Of a stretch of 64,000 nucleotides of DNA, positions 41,143 to 53,233 are shown piece after piece (position 1 is the stretch's first letter; each line of letters opens with the position of its first letter). A program made the position numbers and the translations under genes. The notes beneath the pieces were generated by a model. It had not been told where the DNA came from. It saw nothing but the letters and a program-made list of their open reading frames with translations, and did no database searches. The stretch is from contig OZ199840.1 of assembly GCA_964304625.1 (NCBI GenBank), positions 1,318,733-1,382,732 on the forward strand, read 5' to 3'. Origin of the DNA: Kudoa neothunni. Lineage: Eukaryota > Animalia > Cnidaria.

Positions 41143-44120
41143 CTAATATTTTCTCTTCTTCATTATCACGACACCAACTATCGCTATCACCAATACTCCA
41201 GCAACCGATGCAATAATTATTCTATAAGTAATTTATCTCATTATTTAATAATGCAAAAATATGTACATTAGTTTTGTTTTTCCACTAAAAATAAATTAAT
41301 TAAAATCAGATCATAATATTATATTTGTTACCCTGAGCTGCTTTTCGCTCCTACAAAATAAAAGATTAAATTAGTTATATAACAAAAAATATACCTTGCT
41401 GTATGTCCAGCACCACCAAATATTTTAGAATCTTGAGCATTGTAAACAGTCAAATGATAATCGTTTCCATCAGGCAAATCATTTATTCTGAACTCTTTAC
41501 AGGTTACGAATGTAGAACATCCATCCACATCAGCTCCCATGCAAGATTTTATAATTGCATTTGACATGATACTACTGTTACGTAACTCCCACTTACATTT
41601 CGATTGGTCATTCATACTAGTTGGAAGATGAGAGTTTATAATGAAATTATTCCCATCGCGAGTAATAATGACTACTATCAATTTAGCAGAGTCAGTTGGA
41701 TTTTTCTTTTGGTGCACCTAATATAAGACTCATTTATAATTAATTTCTCAATGATTATATTTATCTCTATAATTTAATACTTGATTCTATTGTATAATCT
41801 CTTTGAGATGACTTTCCGATTGCGGTGACTAATATTTTATATTCCTTTGTTGCATCATAACCAGAAAATAGTATGGAACTGCAAAGTGGATTCGATGAAC
41901 ATGTGTTTGAATCTGAGTTTCGGTTATTAGCAATACCAGCAAGTTGTAAAACTGAATCTTCCGATGTTGTAGATGTCGCAATTCTAACAATGCTTGATTC
42001 TGTATGACCTAACATGGATGGAAGTTTTTTAGGGGTTTTTTGGCGCTGCTGTAGAAGCAGGTGTGGTGACTCTCGTAACTGCTTGGCAAGTGTAAACGTC
42101 TTTATACTCGTTTCCATTCTTTTCTTTCACAGTATAACTGCAAGTTGCAATTGGATTTACTGCGGATAATTGTGCATTCAATATCAAACCATCTGATTTG
42201 ATCTTATGTGTTATCGTCAATGTTGTTAGATCTAGTTACAATAATTAAAAAATAAAGAGTAAATTTTAAGTTTAATAACCTGTTTTTACATTTTTATACT
42301 CAGTAATTGCATAATCTTTATGTGCAATTACTCTAATATCATATAGGGTATTTGGCTCGAGATCTTCTATTGTTACCTGGTCTCTACACAACCCTCTACA
42401 TGGGTTACCACTGGTGCACTTTGCTGGGAAAAAGGTATTCAATCCCGCGGGACTCACCAAGTATTCACAAGTGGGTTCATTTGTTCTTGTGTTTTCTGCA
42501 GTTCCGCCAACAGCTGTAAAAGAAGCTGTTGTATCTGTCTTTATTGGTGATGTAGTTTGATATGCTTTACCAGTAGCATGTTCTTCAAAAATTACAACGA
42601 ATTAGAATAAAAAATAAATAACTTACTCGTCCTTATGAATATCTTCTCTTTAAACCCTTCTGGATTAGTTATATCTGATTCGATTTCAATCATGTACGCT
42701 TTTCCTGCATCGAGTTGTTGGATCACTAATTTATTGCAATTCGTCTTGCATTTGTTGCTTTGTGAACTATCGCTATCGCATTTTGTATCAGTTAACGAAT
42801 CTTTTCTGAGTTTATCAGCAGGGTAATGTTTGAGAGTGCATGTGCTAAACTTAGGTTCTGCGCCTTGTGTTAGGGTGGTTACATCAAAAGTAACACCCAC
42901 ATTGGTGTAATCAGATAGTAATCCACCAGATGGTTCAGAAATAGCTAATACAACGAATAAACTGAGATAGTAATTAAACGATTACCAAATTTTTTCTGTT
43001 TATAACCTTCCAAATCGTCGCCAGTAGCTCTAATATTATGATGTCTGGTTTGGATTAAAATATCGTAGATTTTTTTACCTGCAATACCGTCTAGCACGAC
43101 GTCTTTACAAGGAGCATAACAGTTTTTACCAGCAACACCACAAACAGACGTATAAGTTTGAGCGTTTTCCCCAGTTTGGCCACTTTTAAGACTGAACAGA
43201 CATATTTCAGATGATGGAGAATTAATGAATTTAATTTCAATTTTATTACTATCTTTAGCAACAATATAATACTGGGGTTCATAAATAGCAATATTTTCCC
43301 TCATATATTGATTTGGCATATTGTAGAAGAAACTGGGATAATTATCGCATCTCATTTCGTAATGTGGTAACAATAAATCAAATTCGACTTTATTATTAAT
43401 ATTCACTGTTTCACAATTATTAACCTTTGTACCTTCTACATACCGAATATCTTTATAATAAATTGGACAATTCACAGGTGTGCAAGTTTTAACATCAATT
43501 TTTAAATTTTTATCGGTAGTGTCCGTTGATACAGTAACTTGAGGATTAGCCAATAAAGCTAAATTTAATTTATTAGTTTATTATTATAATTTCAATTATT
43601 ATACGTATTGCATATCCGAATACTTTTCCGCCCCTATCCTTTCCAGCTGCTATAACAGCTTCAGTAGTAGCATCCACATTTACATATATATATTTAGTTC
43701 TTGGGGAAAGTTTATCATATGTGATTCTATTATCATTTGTCTCACAAGAGACAACACACTTACCATTAGCCTTATCAGTATCATTGGCAGTGCAATTCTC
43801 GATATCTTTAAACTCAGCCGGTGTTGCTGTCGTACCAGCTTTTATGATTTCGGCTTCATTTGATCTCATTACGCGGCATTTTTTCCCAGCAGCATAATCA
43901 GAGCCACCGAGATTGATTTTAATTTTATCTATCCTAGTAGTAGTATCTTGCATAATTTGGTAAGCTAGAGTTTTTGTTGGAGGAGTGGATGTAGGTGAGG
44001 GACTTGGTGCGTTAGTGGCATTAACATTATTTGAAATGAAGAATACTAAATTACGCATTATTATTACAATAAAACCATGTATACACCTAATATATAGTAG
44101 ATAAATCCATCCATTAGCAT
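41143..44120 (-). CDS. Type-I membrane protein with six 4-Cys FN3-like modules, paralogue 1 (roughly 850 aa; two homopolymer frameshifts in this assembly)
   Basis: Spliced signal peptide MLMDGFIYYILVFFISNNVNA; modules ending DKLSPRTKY, DGIAGKKIYDILI, QQLDAGKAYMIEI, EDLEPNTLYDIRV, SGYDATKEYKILV, NDLPDGNDYHLTV; TM IIIASVAGVLVIAIVGVVIM; tail KKRKY*. Confidence 0.85.
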
Positions 44121-44642
44121 AAAAGACTTTATTATAGAACAATCGTTTGTTCGGGATTCACTCAAACGGATTACTCTCATTTGAAAAATTAACGAATAAA
44201 TCATTTTTATAACGAATGAATTGGATGATTTATACAATATTAGGGCTGAATTTTGATATAAACCCCCTAACCTCAAATTAACATAGGATTAACACAATAG
44301 AAAAAAAACTATGAAAAACAACACAAATACAAACCTAAATGATGATAAACTAAAATTTTTTAACGAGGATATAACGCCATCCCATAAATCGAGATTGTGT
44401 TTTCTTCTCCATTGAAATTCATCAGAAATTTATTGATACCATCCATACTGATAGAACCATCTTCATAACCGGAGACGTCCTGTTCGTCGGTGATATTTTA
44501 TATTTCATAGCTCCCCAGGTTCCTTCGATGGTGTTTGTATGAGGCCATGTGGTATTATCCACATATTCCATACCTTGATTTACAGTGAGATGAATATAGA
44601 AAATATGTAGCATTCCATGGCTTTTGATGCAATCGGTTATAA

Positions 44643-47217
44643 CAAGGGTCTCCAAAATGGTCGATAAGTGTTTTAGAGATTCTATTGAATTTTATGGGCT
44701 TTTAAGGTAATGCTTCCCATCTCCAATCTCCCTACTACATTATTTAATTATATTAATTAATACTACCCGTGACACTTTTTTTTATGTTTAAGTTATAATC
44801 AAACGCCACATTTCCTATTTATATGATTCAATGTTTTTCATTTGTGAAGAGATACTTTGTTGCTCATAAAAATTAGTGAATACATTGGCTTTATTTTTCT
44901 TTAATATTAATGATCGTCAGTACTCATTGTTATTAACAATTTATAAAACAATAACCATAGTTTATATTAAATCTATAATAGACTAAGAAGGATAAGTGTA
45001 ATTTTTAAAATTGATTTGAATCGTAAATACAAAAGATACAAAAATAAGTATAATAATCTGAAAATGTTGTTCCAACCCCTGCGGACACTTCAAAAACTCA
45101 TCAAGCGCTCTCGAACTAAGGAACATAATCTTAGGGTAAAGATTAAGATATTCTTAGTAACTTGTAGAGGCAGCTATGAATAAATGTTAGCTTTTCTATA
45201 TATATGTGTAATTTAATCTTAAAGTCTGCCGTTGTATTTATATATGTGCAAAAGTATGTAACTGTAACATACACAGGCGACCTAACTTGGTAGGCCAATT
45301 GAATAAGATTTAGGATGAAAAATAGGTTCATTGTGGTAAATTTTCTAATGTAGTTGTTTTTTGCCAAGATATGAATATAAATATCTGTGTAAATCTACAA
45401 ATTTAAAGAATTTTTCTAAAGACAGTGGCTATTCTCATGTAAACGAATAACTCCTCCGTTATGGATGATATTTCAAATCTGACTACATATTTGAATTTAT
45501 CTATTTTTAATCTAATTTGTCATGAAAAAATTATTTGAAACTTTTAAGAATAAAAATTCAACACTTTGTCCTATTTACACTGTTTACTAATAGTAAACTC
45601 ACATTTTTGAGTCTGATATTATGTAATATAAACATTTTAGTTGAAATAAAACGTAAAAACATTTACTAATAAGTAAAAACTGTTCTTTCTGTGCATTCTT
45701 GTGTCACCCACCATGTCTGAATATGCGAGTGAATCCTATTTGATTGTGGGGCGTTCTATTTCGTGAGACTATTTCTAAGTTTTAAAGAACTTTGAAATAA
45801 CTGATATGTGTAGGACAAGTTTATGTATTATATTCAGTTGTAGAAAAGAAATTTAAGCTTTTGTAAGATATAAAATACCAATCGCATGGAATAAGTCTGA
45901 AAAATGGTGTCATTATTGCATCCTACGAAGCGCCTTTAAATTGATTTGCTCAAACTTCACCTTTTATTAAAAAATATTATTGTACTGAAAAAATTTCGAA
46001 TGTAGTTATCTTGGAGAAATTTTATGGGCCTACAGCTAAACAACCATGGCTAGTGAATAAGTTGATCAATTCTTGATTGGAGTGAAAATTGATTTCTCTG
46101 AACTATTAAAATTACACATTCCTCATTATCAGGAAGCGGATGTTTGCAATCTTACAATTAAATTTTTCAAAAAATTTCAAAATGCTCAAGGATGAATTAA
46201 CTGTTATTTTTACTCCAACATTGTTTATTATAATACTTTGCTACATTTCTTCGTTGGTTCACATTTCAAAGGTCAAAGCAATGGTACCCCAAAAATCGCC
46301 ATTCAAAAATTCCCATTTTATAAATTTACCCATTGAGACACTACCAGAGAAATTAATGCAGAAAATTTGGAACCACCCAGCTTCTTAACAATTGATAAAT
46401 GGGTTTAAATTAAGAAGTATAGGTTTACTCTTAAATTTAAACTCATAGCTTCCTGTACTCACAAATAGGCATCATAAAAAACTTTCTCATACTTCTAACT
46501 AAAGTAAAGAAATTTGTAGGGACAAAACAACGAACATTCCTCGAAATAATGGTACAATCTTATAGATACACACGAAAAGTGGTTTACATCAATGTAAAAT
46601 GGTTTGAATCAAATTAATATCCATTAATTAATGGAAATTTTGTTAAATTAATATTAAAAAATGTTCAGGTAGAAACGTACATGTTTCGTAAATGATTGGA
46701 GAAGATTTATGCTAAGTTAAACTGCATGCGCTGAGACGTATTAAGCTAAAGGTTTCTAACCACCACCGGATATGTTTTTATTTCAACTAAAATGTTCATA
46801 TTACACAATATTAGGCTCAAAAATGCGATTGTACGTATTAAACATTGTAAATAGGGCTGACAAAGTGTTGAATTTTTATTCTTTAAATTTTCAAACAATT
46901 TTTGCATAAAAAATTAGATTAAAAATAGCTAAATTCAAATATGAAGTCAGATTTGAAATATCATCTATAACGGATGAGTTATTCGTTTCCATGAGAATAG
47001 CCACCGCCGTTTCTAATATATTTTGACGTTACATCGTTAATAAAAGCTTTTTTGGGGGTTAATATAATTTTTCATTTTATAATATATTAGAAATAGAATA
47101 TTAATGGGATATATTTCACATATTTTTAATTGTCCCAGCCAAAAAAATGAATATACTCTAATATTTTTAATAAAATCTCTGAAAGGGGTCGACGAAAAAA
47201 AGGTTTGGTGACCCCTG
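44643..47217. mobile_element. hAT element inserted into the Merlin transposase
   Basis: TIRs CAAGGGTCTCCAAAA / TTTGGTGACCCCTG, subterminal GGTCGA at both ends, 8-bp TSD GGTTATAA / TGTTATAA (7/8); removal rejoins the Merlin ORF. Confidence 0.8.
45423..47006 (-). mobile_element. Tc1-like element with long (~150-165 bp) TIRs nested in the hAT
   Basis: 45423-45590 (CAGTGGCTATTCTCATG...) is an inverted repeat of 46838-47006; interior has faint Tc1-like remnants (FWGTI, MQ.ND, RHGG); TA TSD not evident. Confidence 0.7.
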
Positions 47218-47862
47218 TGTTATAATAATCGGTCCAGGGTGAGCGTACGTTTTAATTTTTTGGATAAGATTGTCAGCGGTTCTGTTAGGAAACTCCACAA
47301 AAAACATTTTTCATTCTGACGTCCTTTCTACAAGTCCAAGAACCTATGCTCCATTAACGCCATGCCCTCTGTTATGCTTCACCTTGCCAAATTTAGACAC
47401 ATCAACCTCTACAATTATATTTTCTCCTCTAATGACTATGTCCTCAAAGTTTAAACTATCTGCTACCTACCAGCTGGCGAAGATAATGACAACGATTCGT
47501 AATTGTTTGAGAAGAGTGTCCGATAATTGTGCCCAGGTTAACGGTATTTACACTCAACAACCAGTAATATGATAATTCCAAAAAATGATGTAGTTTAATT
47601 TTCAAATAACTGAAAAATATTGAATCAAAAATAGAAATTTCTTTTCTACACAATTTCGAACAGCATCACCAATTTTGTCGATGTCTAGAATGGTTGGTAC
47701 CATGAAACTTAATAAAGTAATTCGGTGTTTTAAATATAGCAATAGCGGTGAGAATATGGGTGTACTTATCCTCATTGCAAAAAATATTATCAAAAGACTT
47801 CTTTGGGGAATTTATTCGCGACAGACATAACGATGAGTGGTCGCAAACCTCTAAATAGTATA

Positions 47863-48918
47863 CAGTCGAACCCCCTTTATCCAAAAATGTTGGGATCTGG
47901 CATTTTCCTTTCGGATACTGAAATTTCGGGTAAACGAAATTCGGTGAATGCGCGTGTGCGGCGGAAAAATTCTAAGTTGGTTACATACTTTATTTTTCAT
48001 TTTTCAATGTTTGTTTTATATTTTTAAAGAAAATTCTACTATATCTAAGTTATACTAGTGAATACAATGCGAAAACTCTAGTTTAAGGCACACTAGTTCC
48101 AGATCCAATGTAGTCGGCGAACGCATACTACTGATACGTGCGACCTTAACGCCGCTGCGCCACATTAGAATGGTACATTCTAGGTTCTAAAAAAGGACTA
48201 TTATTATTAATTTTTTATAATTTCTTCTCAATACGGATATTGTAGACCCTATTAATAATGATGGTAAGAATAATTAAAGTAATAATGAGGAGTATTTTCT
48301 CAGAATTCTCTTTAACAATATTTAGAATTTAATTTTTAATTAAGATATGTCATATTCCAACAATTTAATATTGTGTAATGATTGTTAAAATTCAATAAGA
48401 CTTAAAAGTGGAGGTGTTATGTGCAAAGACTGATGTATGAACATTATTGAATTTAGTTAATTCCGTGGATAAATTGGTCTAATGAAGTCACTGCTAGTTT
48501 TTGATTAAATAATCCAATAAATTTCATGTTTATACATTATTACTCATAAAGAAATAAAAGAAAGTTTGTCTTTACCAAACATTAATTCGTTCATCATGAA
48601 CATGGTTGCATTTTGAACATAAAATACTATATTATCTACGTTACGTTAATTCTATTAATCCAGCATAAACTAAAATTGAATAAATAACGAACATATGTGT
48701 CTAAAAAATAAATGTAAATGCCATTTTAACCAGACACTAATCCAGACTTGAAGGCATTTTTATCCGAAAATTCTAGCCAAAAGTTGTTTCGGATTGAGGT
48801 TGCTGAAATTTCTGTTAAACGAAATTTTTTCCTCTAGAATATGCACCAATTTCAAATAAATTAAAAAAAATAATTTGGATAGAACGATTTTCGGATAAAA
48901 GGAGGTTCGGTTCGACTG
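47863..48918. mobile_element. pogo/Tigger-like non-autonomous element
   Basis: TA|CAGTCGAACCCCCTTTATCC ... GGATAAAAGGAGGTTCGGTTCGACTG|TA: TIRs with TA target duplication. Confidence 0.85.
48095..48165 (-). mobile_element. Degenerate tRNA-derived SINE-like head inside the pogo element
   Basis: Minus strand GTGGCGCAGCGGCGTTAAGGTCGCAC (A-box-like, resembles the ~15770 element) followed by a weak B-box GTTCG. Confidence 0.3.
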
Positions 48919-48920
48919 TA

Positions 48921-49011
48921 ATTGGAAAGATTAAAGAATAGTCATGTGTTATTGTTTAGTATTTTGAGTGCAATAATCAGGTTTATTATTGTGAGAATAG
49001 TTTCCAATTCA
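48921..49011. repeat. ~90-bp non-coding block also present at 61666-61755, upstream of each surface-protein paralogue
   Basis: TTGGAAAGATTAAAGAATARTCATGTGTTATTGTTTAGTATWTTGAGTGCA is shared, with weaker similarity continuing to TCCRAYTCA. Confidence 0.85.
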
Positions 49012-49260
49012 TCTATCTATATATATATATATAAAGTTGTAGAGTAATGGGTAAGCATACGCCTCACCAAATTGGGCCTTTTCCTCATGCTCGACCTTCC
49101 CGATTTTATCCAAAACTTATTTTACACGATTTTTAAATATTTACTAAATACAGAAAAAACTCAAAAATCATTGCCATAAAATATGACAACAACTGCTTTT
49201 TGGGACTGGATCCTGGATCGGTGGTCGGGCACGCTTATGCTCGTATTGGTTCTCCATTAT
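49012..49260 (+). mobile_element. Helitron-like 5' end (3' end not located)
   Basis: A|TCTATCTATATATATATATATAAAGTTGTA matches the 5' end at 8807; it interrupts the shared block at an A|T site where the 61755 copy is uninterrupted. Confidence 0.5.
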
Positions 49261-50049
49261 TTTAGACCTTTTTAACTATTAAAACATCTTCTATTCAGAT
49301 AATTTCTTTTTTATATTATTCCATTTCATAATATATAATTTTTAAATGGCAATATTTTGAATGAACCATCAATGTTGATAGTTTCGTAATAAACTAACAA
49401 ATTCCAATAGATGGCATGATAATAAAAAAAATGTTTTTTTATTCCTTACATTAAGTTAAAATAATTTGCGATCGTATGAAATAATTTTTAACGGTGTAGG
49501 CACAAGTTAACTCCTTGTTGATGAATATGGTGAGAGTTTTTAGTTATACCACACTCTGACGCTAGGATCTTTATTTTTATGCGGTACAGTGTAATTATCA
49601 AATTTTTGAATTTATTGTGTGTTGTTTGCTATTAATTCTTGTTTTAATGCTATTTTCCACGTGAGATACTATGGTACAAATAACAAATCAACGACAATTT
49701 TATCTTTTTTTCGCTAAACAAGGAGTCCTTAATTACGTTTTTAACTGAAAAGGGACTAATTCACAGTGTACCAAGTAGATGCAAGAATTGTCAGCGAGAT
49801 AACACTCAAAGTGAAAATAACTAAAATAGAACATTCAATAACTCTGCGAACGATCTTTTTGACGATTCATTGGAAAAAATTAATTACATATGCTCAAAGT
49901 TTATTCTATTCTAAATATTATATAAATATTCGTTGTTTTTTTTTAGAAAAAATTGTAGAACTAGTTTATTGTGTCATGTCAACACATTTTTCGGCATTAA
50001 TAATTCGTCGGGGAATAATTCCTCAAAATTAACAATTTCTCAAATATTT

Positions 50050-50842
50050 GAACTTATTTATTTATGGAATGTTGGAGAATTATGAAATAGAACAATTATG
50101 CTCACAAGTATAAGTGGAAAGACCCTTTCGTTTTGGTTTTCGTCTCTTTCAAAAATATGCACAAGAATTTATCATCGACGAGAAAAAATTTGGTGGGTCA
50201 ATCACCATAATAGAAATTAACGAAAGTCTTATGAGAGAAGAGGGAGAATAATTGGGGTCGGTATCTCTAAATGGATCATTGGAGGAATAACGCTTCTGAT
50301 GACTCTTAAGTTCCTAGTGACTCTAATGGCGACGATTCCGAGATTCAATCAATAGGAGAAAGATATGGAAATCGTTCCGATGACCCATGGGTGGTTGGAA
50401 TTTGTCGATGTTCTGATAATGATGATGGCAAACGACCTTTACTCGAGTCAAGGTTTTTTATTGTGGAAACAACCGATAAATACACCCTTAGTAATTTAAT
50501 TCTACAAGAGATCAATTATGGCTCGACGATATTTACAGACAAATGAGAGTGTTACAGAGACTTGAGCATATTCGGTTACAACCACATCCCGCATAAATCA
50601 CTCACAACAATATGTCATCGATGATGGCAATCATACAAATACAGTCAGTTAAAGTCGTTTGGCATCATCTAAAAAACAAAATACTCCGAAATATGAGTGG
50701 TATACCAAGAGCCATGCTTGAATCTTATCTGCATGAACAGTGGATTAGATCCAAATATAGAAATAACTGGGAATTCTTCGAGTTTATTTTTAACTCAATT
50801 TCCAGGATTTATTCTATAAACTCAAATATGACTGAAAATTAA
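50050..50842 (+). mobile_element. Second Merlin/ISXO2-like transposase pseudogene (different family)
   Basis: IIEINESL, DPWVVGICR, FFIVETTDKYTL..LILQEINYGSTIFTDK*ECY, NHSQQYV.DDGNHTN, LESYLHEQWIR, with stops and frameshifts. Confidence 0.8.
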
Positions 50843-51100
50843 TCTTCTTTCTGTTATTGAATTTGTTTTTCTAAATCAATTATCGAATAGACCATTTTTA
50901 ATAGAGTAATATTTTCTTAACCTTATTAGGTGAATATGTATAGAATATTTTTTCGCGTTAAAACTGACGAATAAATGCCGAATTTAAAGGAGCGTTTTAT
51001 TAAAACTAATTTTTCAGTTACAATAAACGATTAAGTGCGAATAATTTTTTTGGACCTTGGAAAAACACTTATATTATGACGTAAAAATTAGTATCTGTAA

Positions 51101-53035
51101 TCTAGATATATAAAATCCTTTGTCTGTCTGTGTGTGTCCACAAGTGCGAATGCGTCATGGAGAAACTTTTTTCAATATAGTTTTTAGTTCGCATTTGAAT
51201 AGATGATACCGTTAATAAAAATCGTTCGTTTACTTAGGAATAAAAATATAATCGATGTCGTTATCAAAAGTAAGCAATTTTCCGACTGTTTACAACAATT
51301 ACCAGATTAAGAGGTACCTGAATAATATTGATGTTAGTTTACTCCAGAGTGATAGAGAATTAGAATGATCTTCCACTCATATATACGAAGAAAATCTGTT
51401 AAATTTGATATGAAATGTTTAAAAAATGTTACATATGCCTGTTCGGAGTAATTTTAAGATAAATAAAAGTATTATCGTTACATTTATAAGAGTTTTTGCA
51501 TTTCCCTTAAAATTTGCAGAATATTACATTTTTTTAAAATATAGATTCATTTTTCAATCATTATAGATACATTTTAAACAAAAAGACTTAAATTATGTGT
51601 TTATTTAAAATAATCTAAGATTATAAGTTGGTTTCATCAAGGAATAATTTGGTAGCTATATAAGCATCCTGAAAACGATGTATGATGTGTGTAGAGTTTT
51701 CAAATAATTAAATTTTTGTGATAACATCTTAAATGAAAATTATGCTCTATTGGAATTCCTGAGATGTGAAAATTTCTATTTTTCAAATATATCGATTAGG
51801 ATTGAAATTATACTCGTCTTTTCGATAAGTTTTTAATCATTTTTTGATTTTCCAAAACTTTCTTGAAAATAGCTGACATCACTAATTCGACAAATTTCCA
51901 TATTTGATGAGACAATTTTTTTAATAATGCTTAAATTCTTAGTAAACTAATTATTCCCTATCCCCAGACCTTAAGGTTAATATTCAAATCAATACATAAT
52001 TTTTTTCGCTAAAAATAATTCATTATGATATAAACGCTGTATGAAAATATTCGACACCGCATTCTATACGTAGTTTAAGAATTTATATCCACAATTACTT
52101 TTGCACAAAATGCAGTCCCCACTCAGTAAGTGTCGTAAGTTAATGCAAAATTATTGGTCTATTTGATCTAACCGATATTTTCGCATAGTTTTCGTTAATC
52201 TAAGAATAGTTCAATACGAAGAAATTTTTTTAAGGTAATCAAACAGTACGTATATTTTTAAAAGGGTGCATTTCTGCGATAAAACCAATTGATATTTAAG
52301 CATTACTGTAATTCTTCAAACCAAAGACACCTTTACATTTTAGATTTAATCTTATTTTTTAAATTAAATTTATATATTTTTGAACCAGTAAATATTTTTG
52401 TTAAAAAGTACGGTTTCATTTATTTAAAAATCAGGAAATTATGTTAACATAATGAATACGTAAGTTACCACTCACAACTTATTAAAACCTCCTTAACACG
52501 CTTTATAAAATTTCAACAAAGGAGTAACAAGTAATATTTTTATTTCTGACGCATTTCAGGCCGATTTTATTTTTTTATCGTTTGTAGATTAATAATAAAT
52601 TTTATAACTAGTAGGATTAATTTTTATCGCAAAATTTTGAAAAGAAGTGAAAGTCCTATTTAAGTTACTTAATGATATTGTTTAGTAAATAAATGAACTT
52701 TAATCGTTAATTACATTTCTCATAAAATTAAAGTCATTATATTTTTGGTCAATAATTAGTAAAATAAACTTAAAAATACTCCTTAATTTCTCTCAATACC
52801 TCTTTTTATATTTGAATGGAAAGTGCGTGCATAATTGTGTTTTTCTAAATCATCACACTGCGAAGATAATGACAAGCTTTAAAATGCAACAATTAAAAGA
52901 GAAAAATAAAATTTACAGGGTTTAACGTGCTAACTAGATTAAATCTAAAATAGAATTTCTCCATTCAAAAATTAAACTAAAAGTTAAAGTTTCCCATCAC
53001 ATAGTACCGGGAAAATCTGGCCATTAGGGGCAGTA
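51101..53035 (+). mobile_element. Probable Helitron-type (DINE/HINE-like) non-autonomous element; right end tentative
   Basis: A|TCTAGATATATAAAATCCTTTGTCTGTCTGTGTGTGTCC start with a (GTCT)/(GT) microsatellite; possible decayed hairpin CCGGGAAAATCTGG near 53008. Confidence 0.4.
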
Positions 53036-53233
53036 TTAGTTTACGCGCGGTTATCGGTTGTTTTGCCACCGTGTATTCATTACTGCGTTACGTCTACATT
53101 AATAACTATTCATAAACGTCAGCAAATCAATCAGATTAATGACATATGAATTAATTGAGTACTGAATATGTCTTGACGAAGATAATTCGTACTTAATATC
53201 ATTTACAAGAGACGTTTTACATTATTGTGAACT

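Larger units (their letters stand above)
44340..47850 (-). mobile_element. Merlin (IS1595/ISXO2-like DDE) transposon, decayed, split by a hAT insertion
   Basis: 47218-47460 encodes GENIIVEVDVSKFGKVKHNRGHGVNG.VLGLVERT..FFVEFPNRTADNL...HPGPIIIT, and 44420-44642 continues DCIKSH...HLTVN..YVD...HTNTIEGTWGAMK. Confidence 0.85.
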
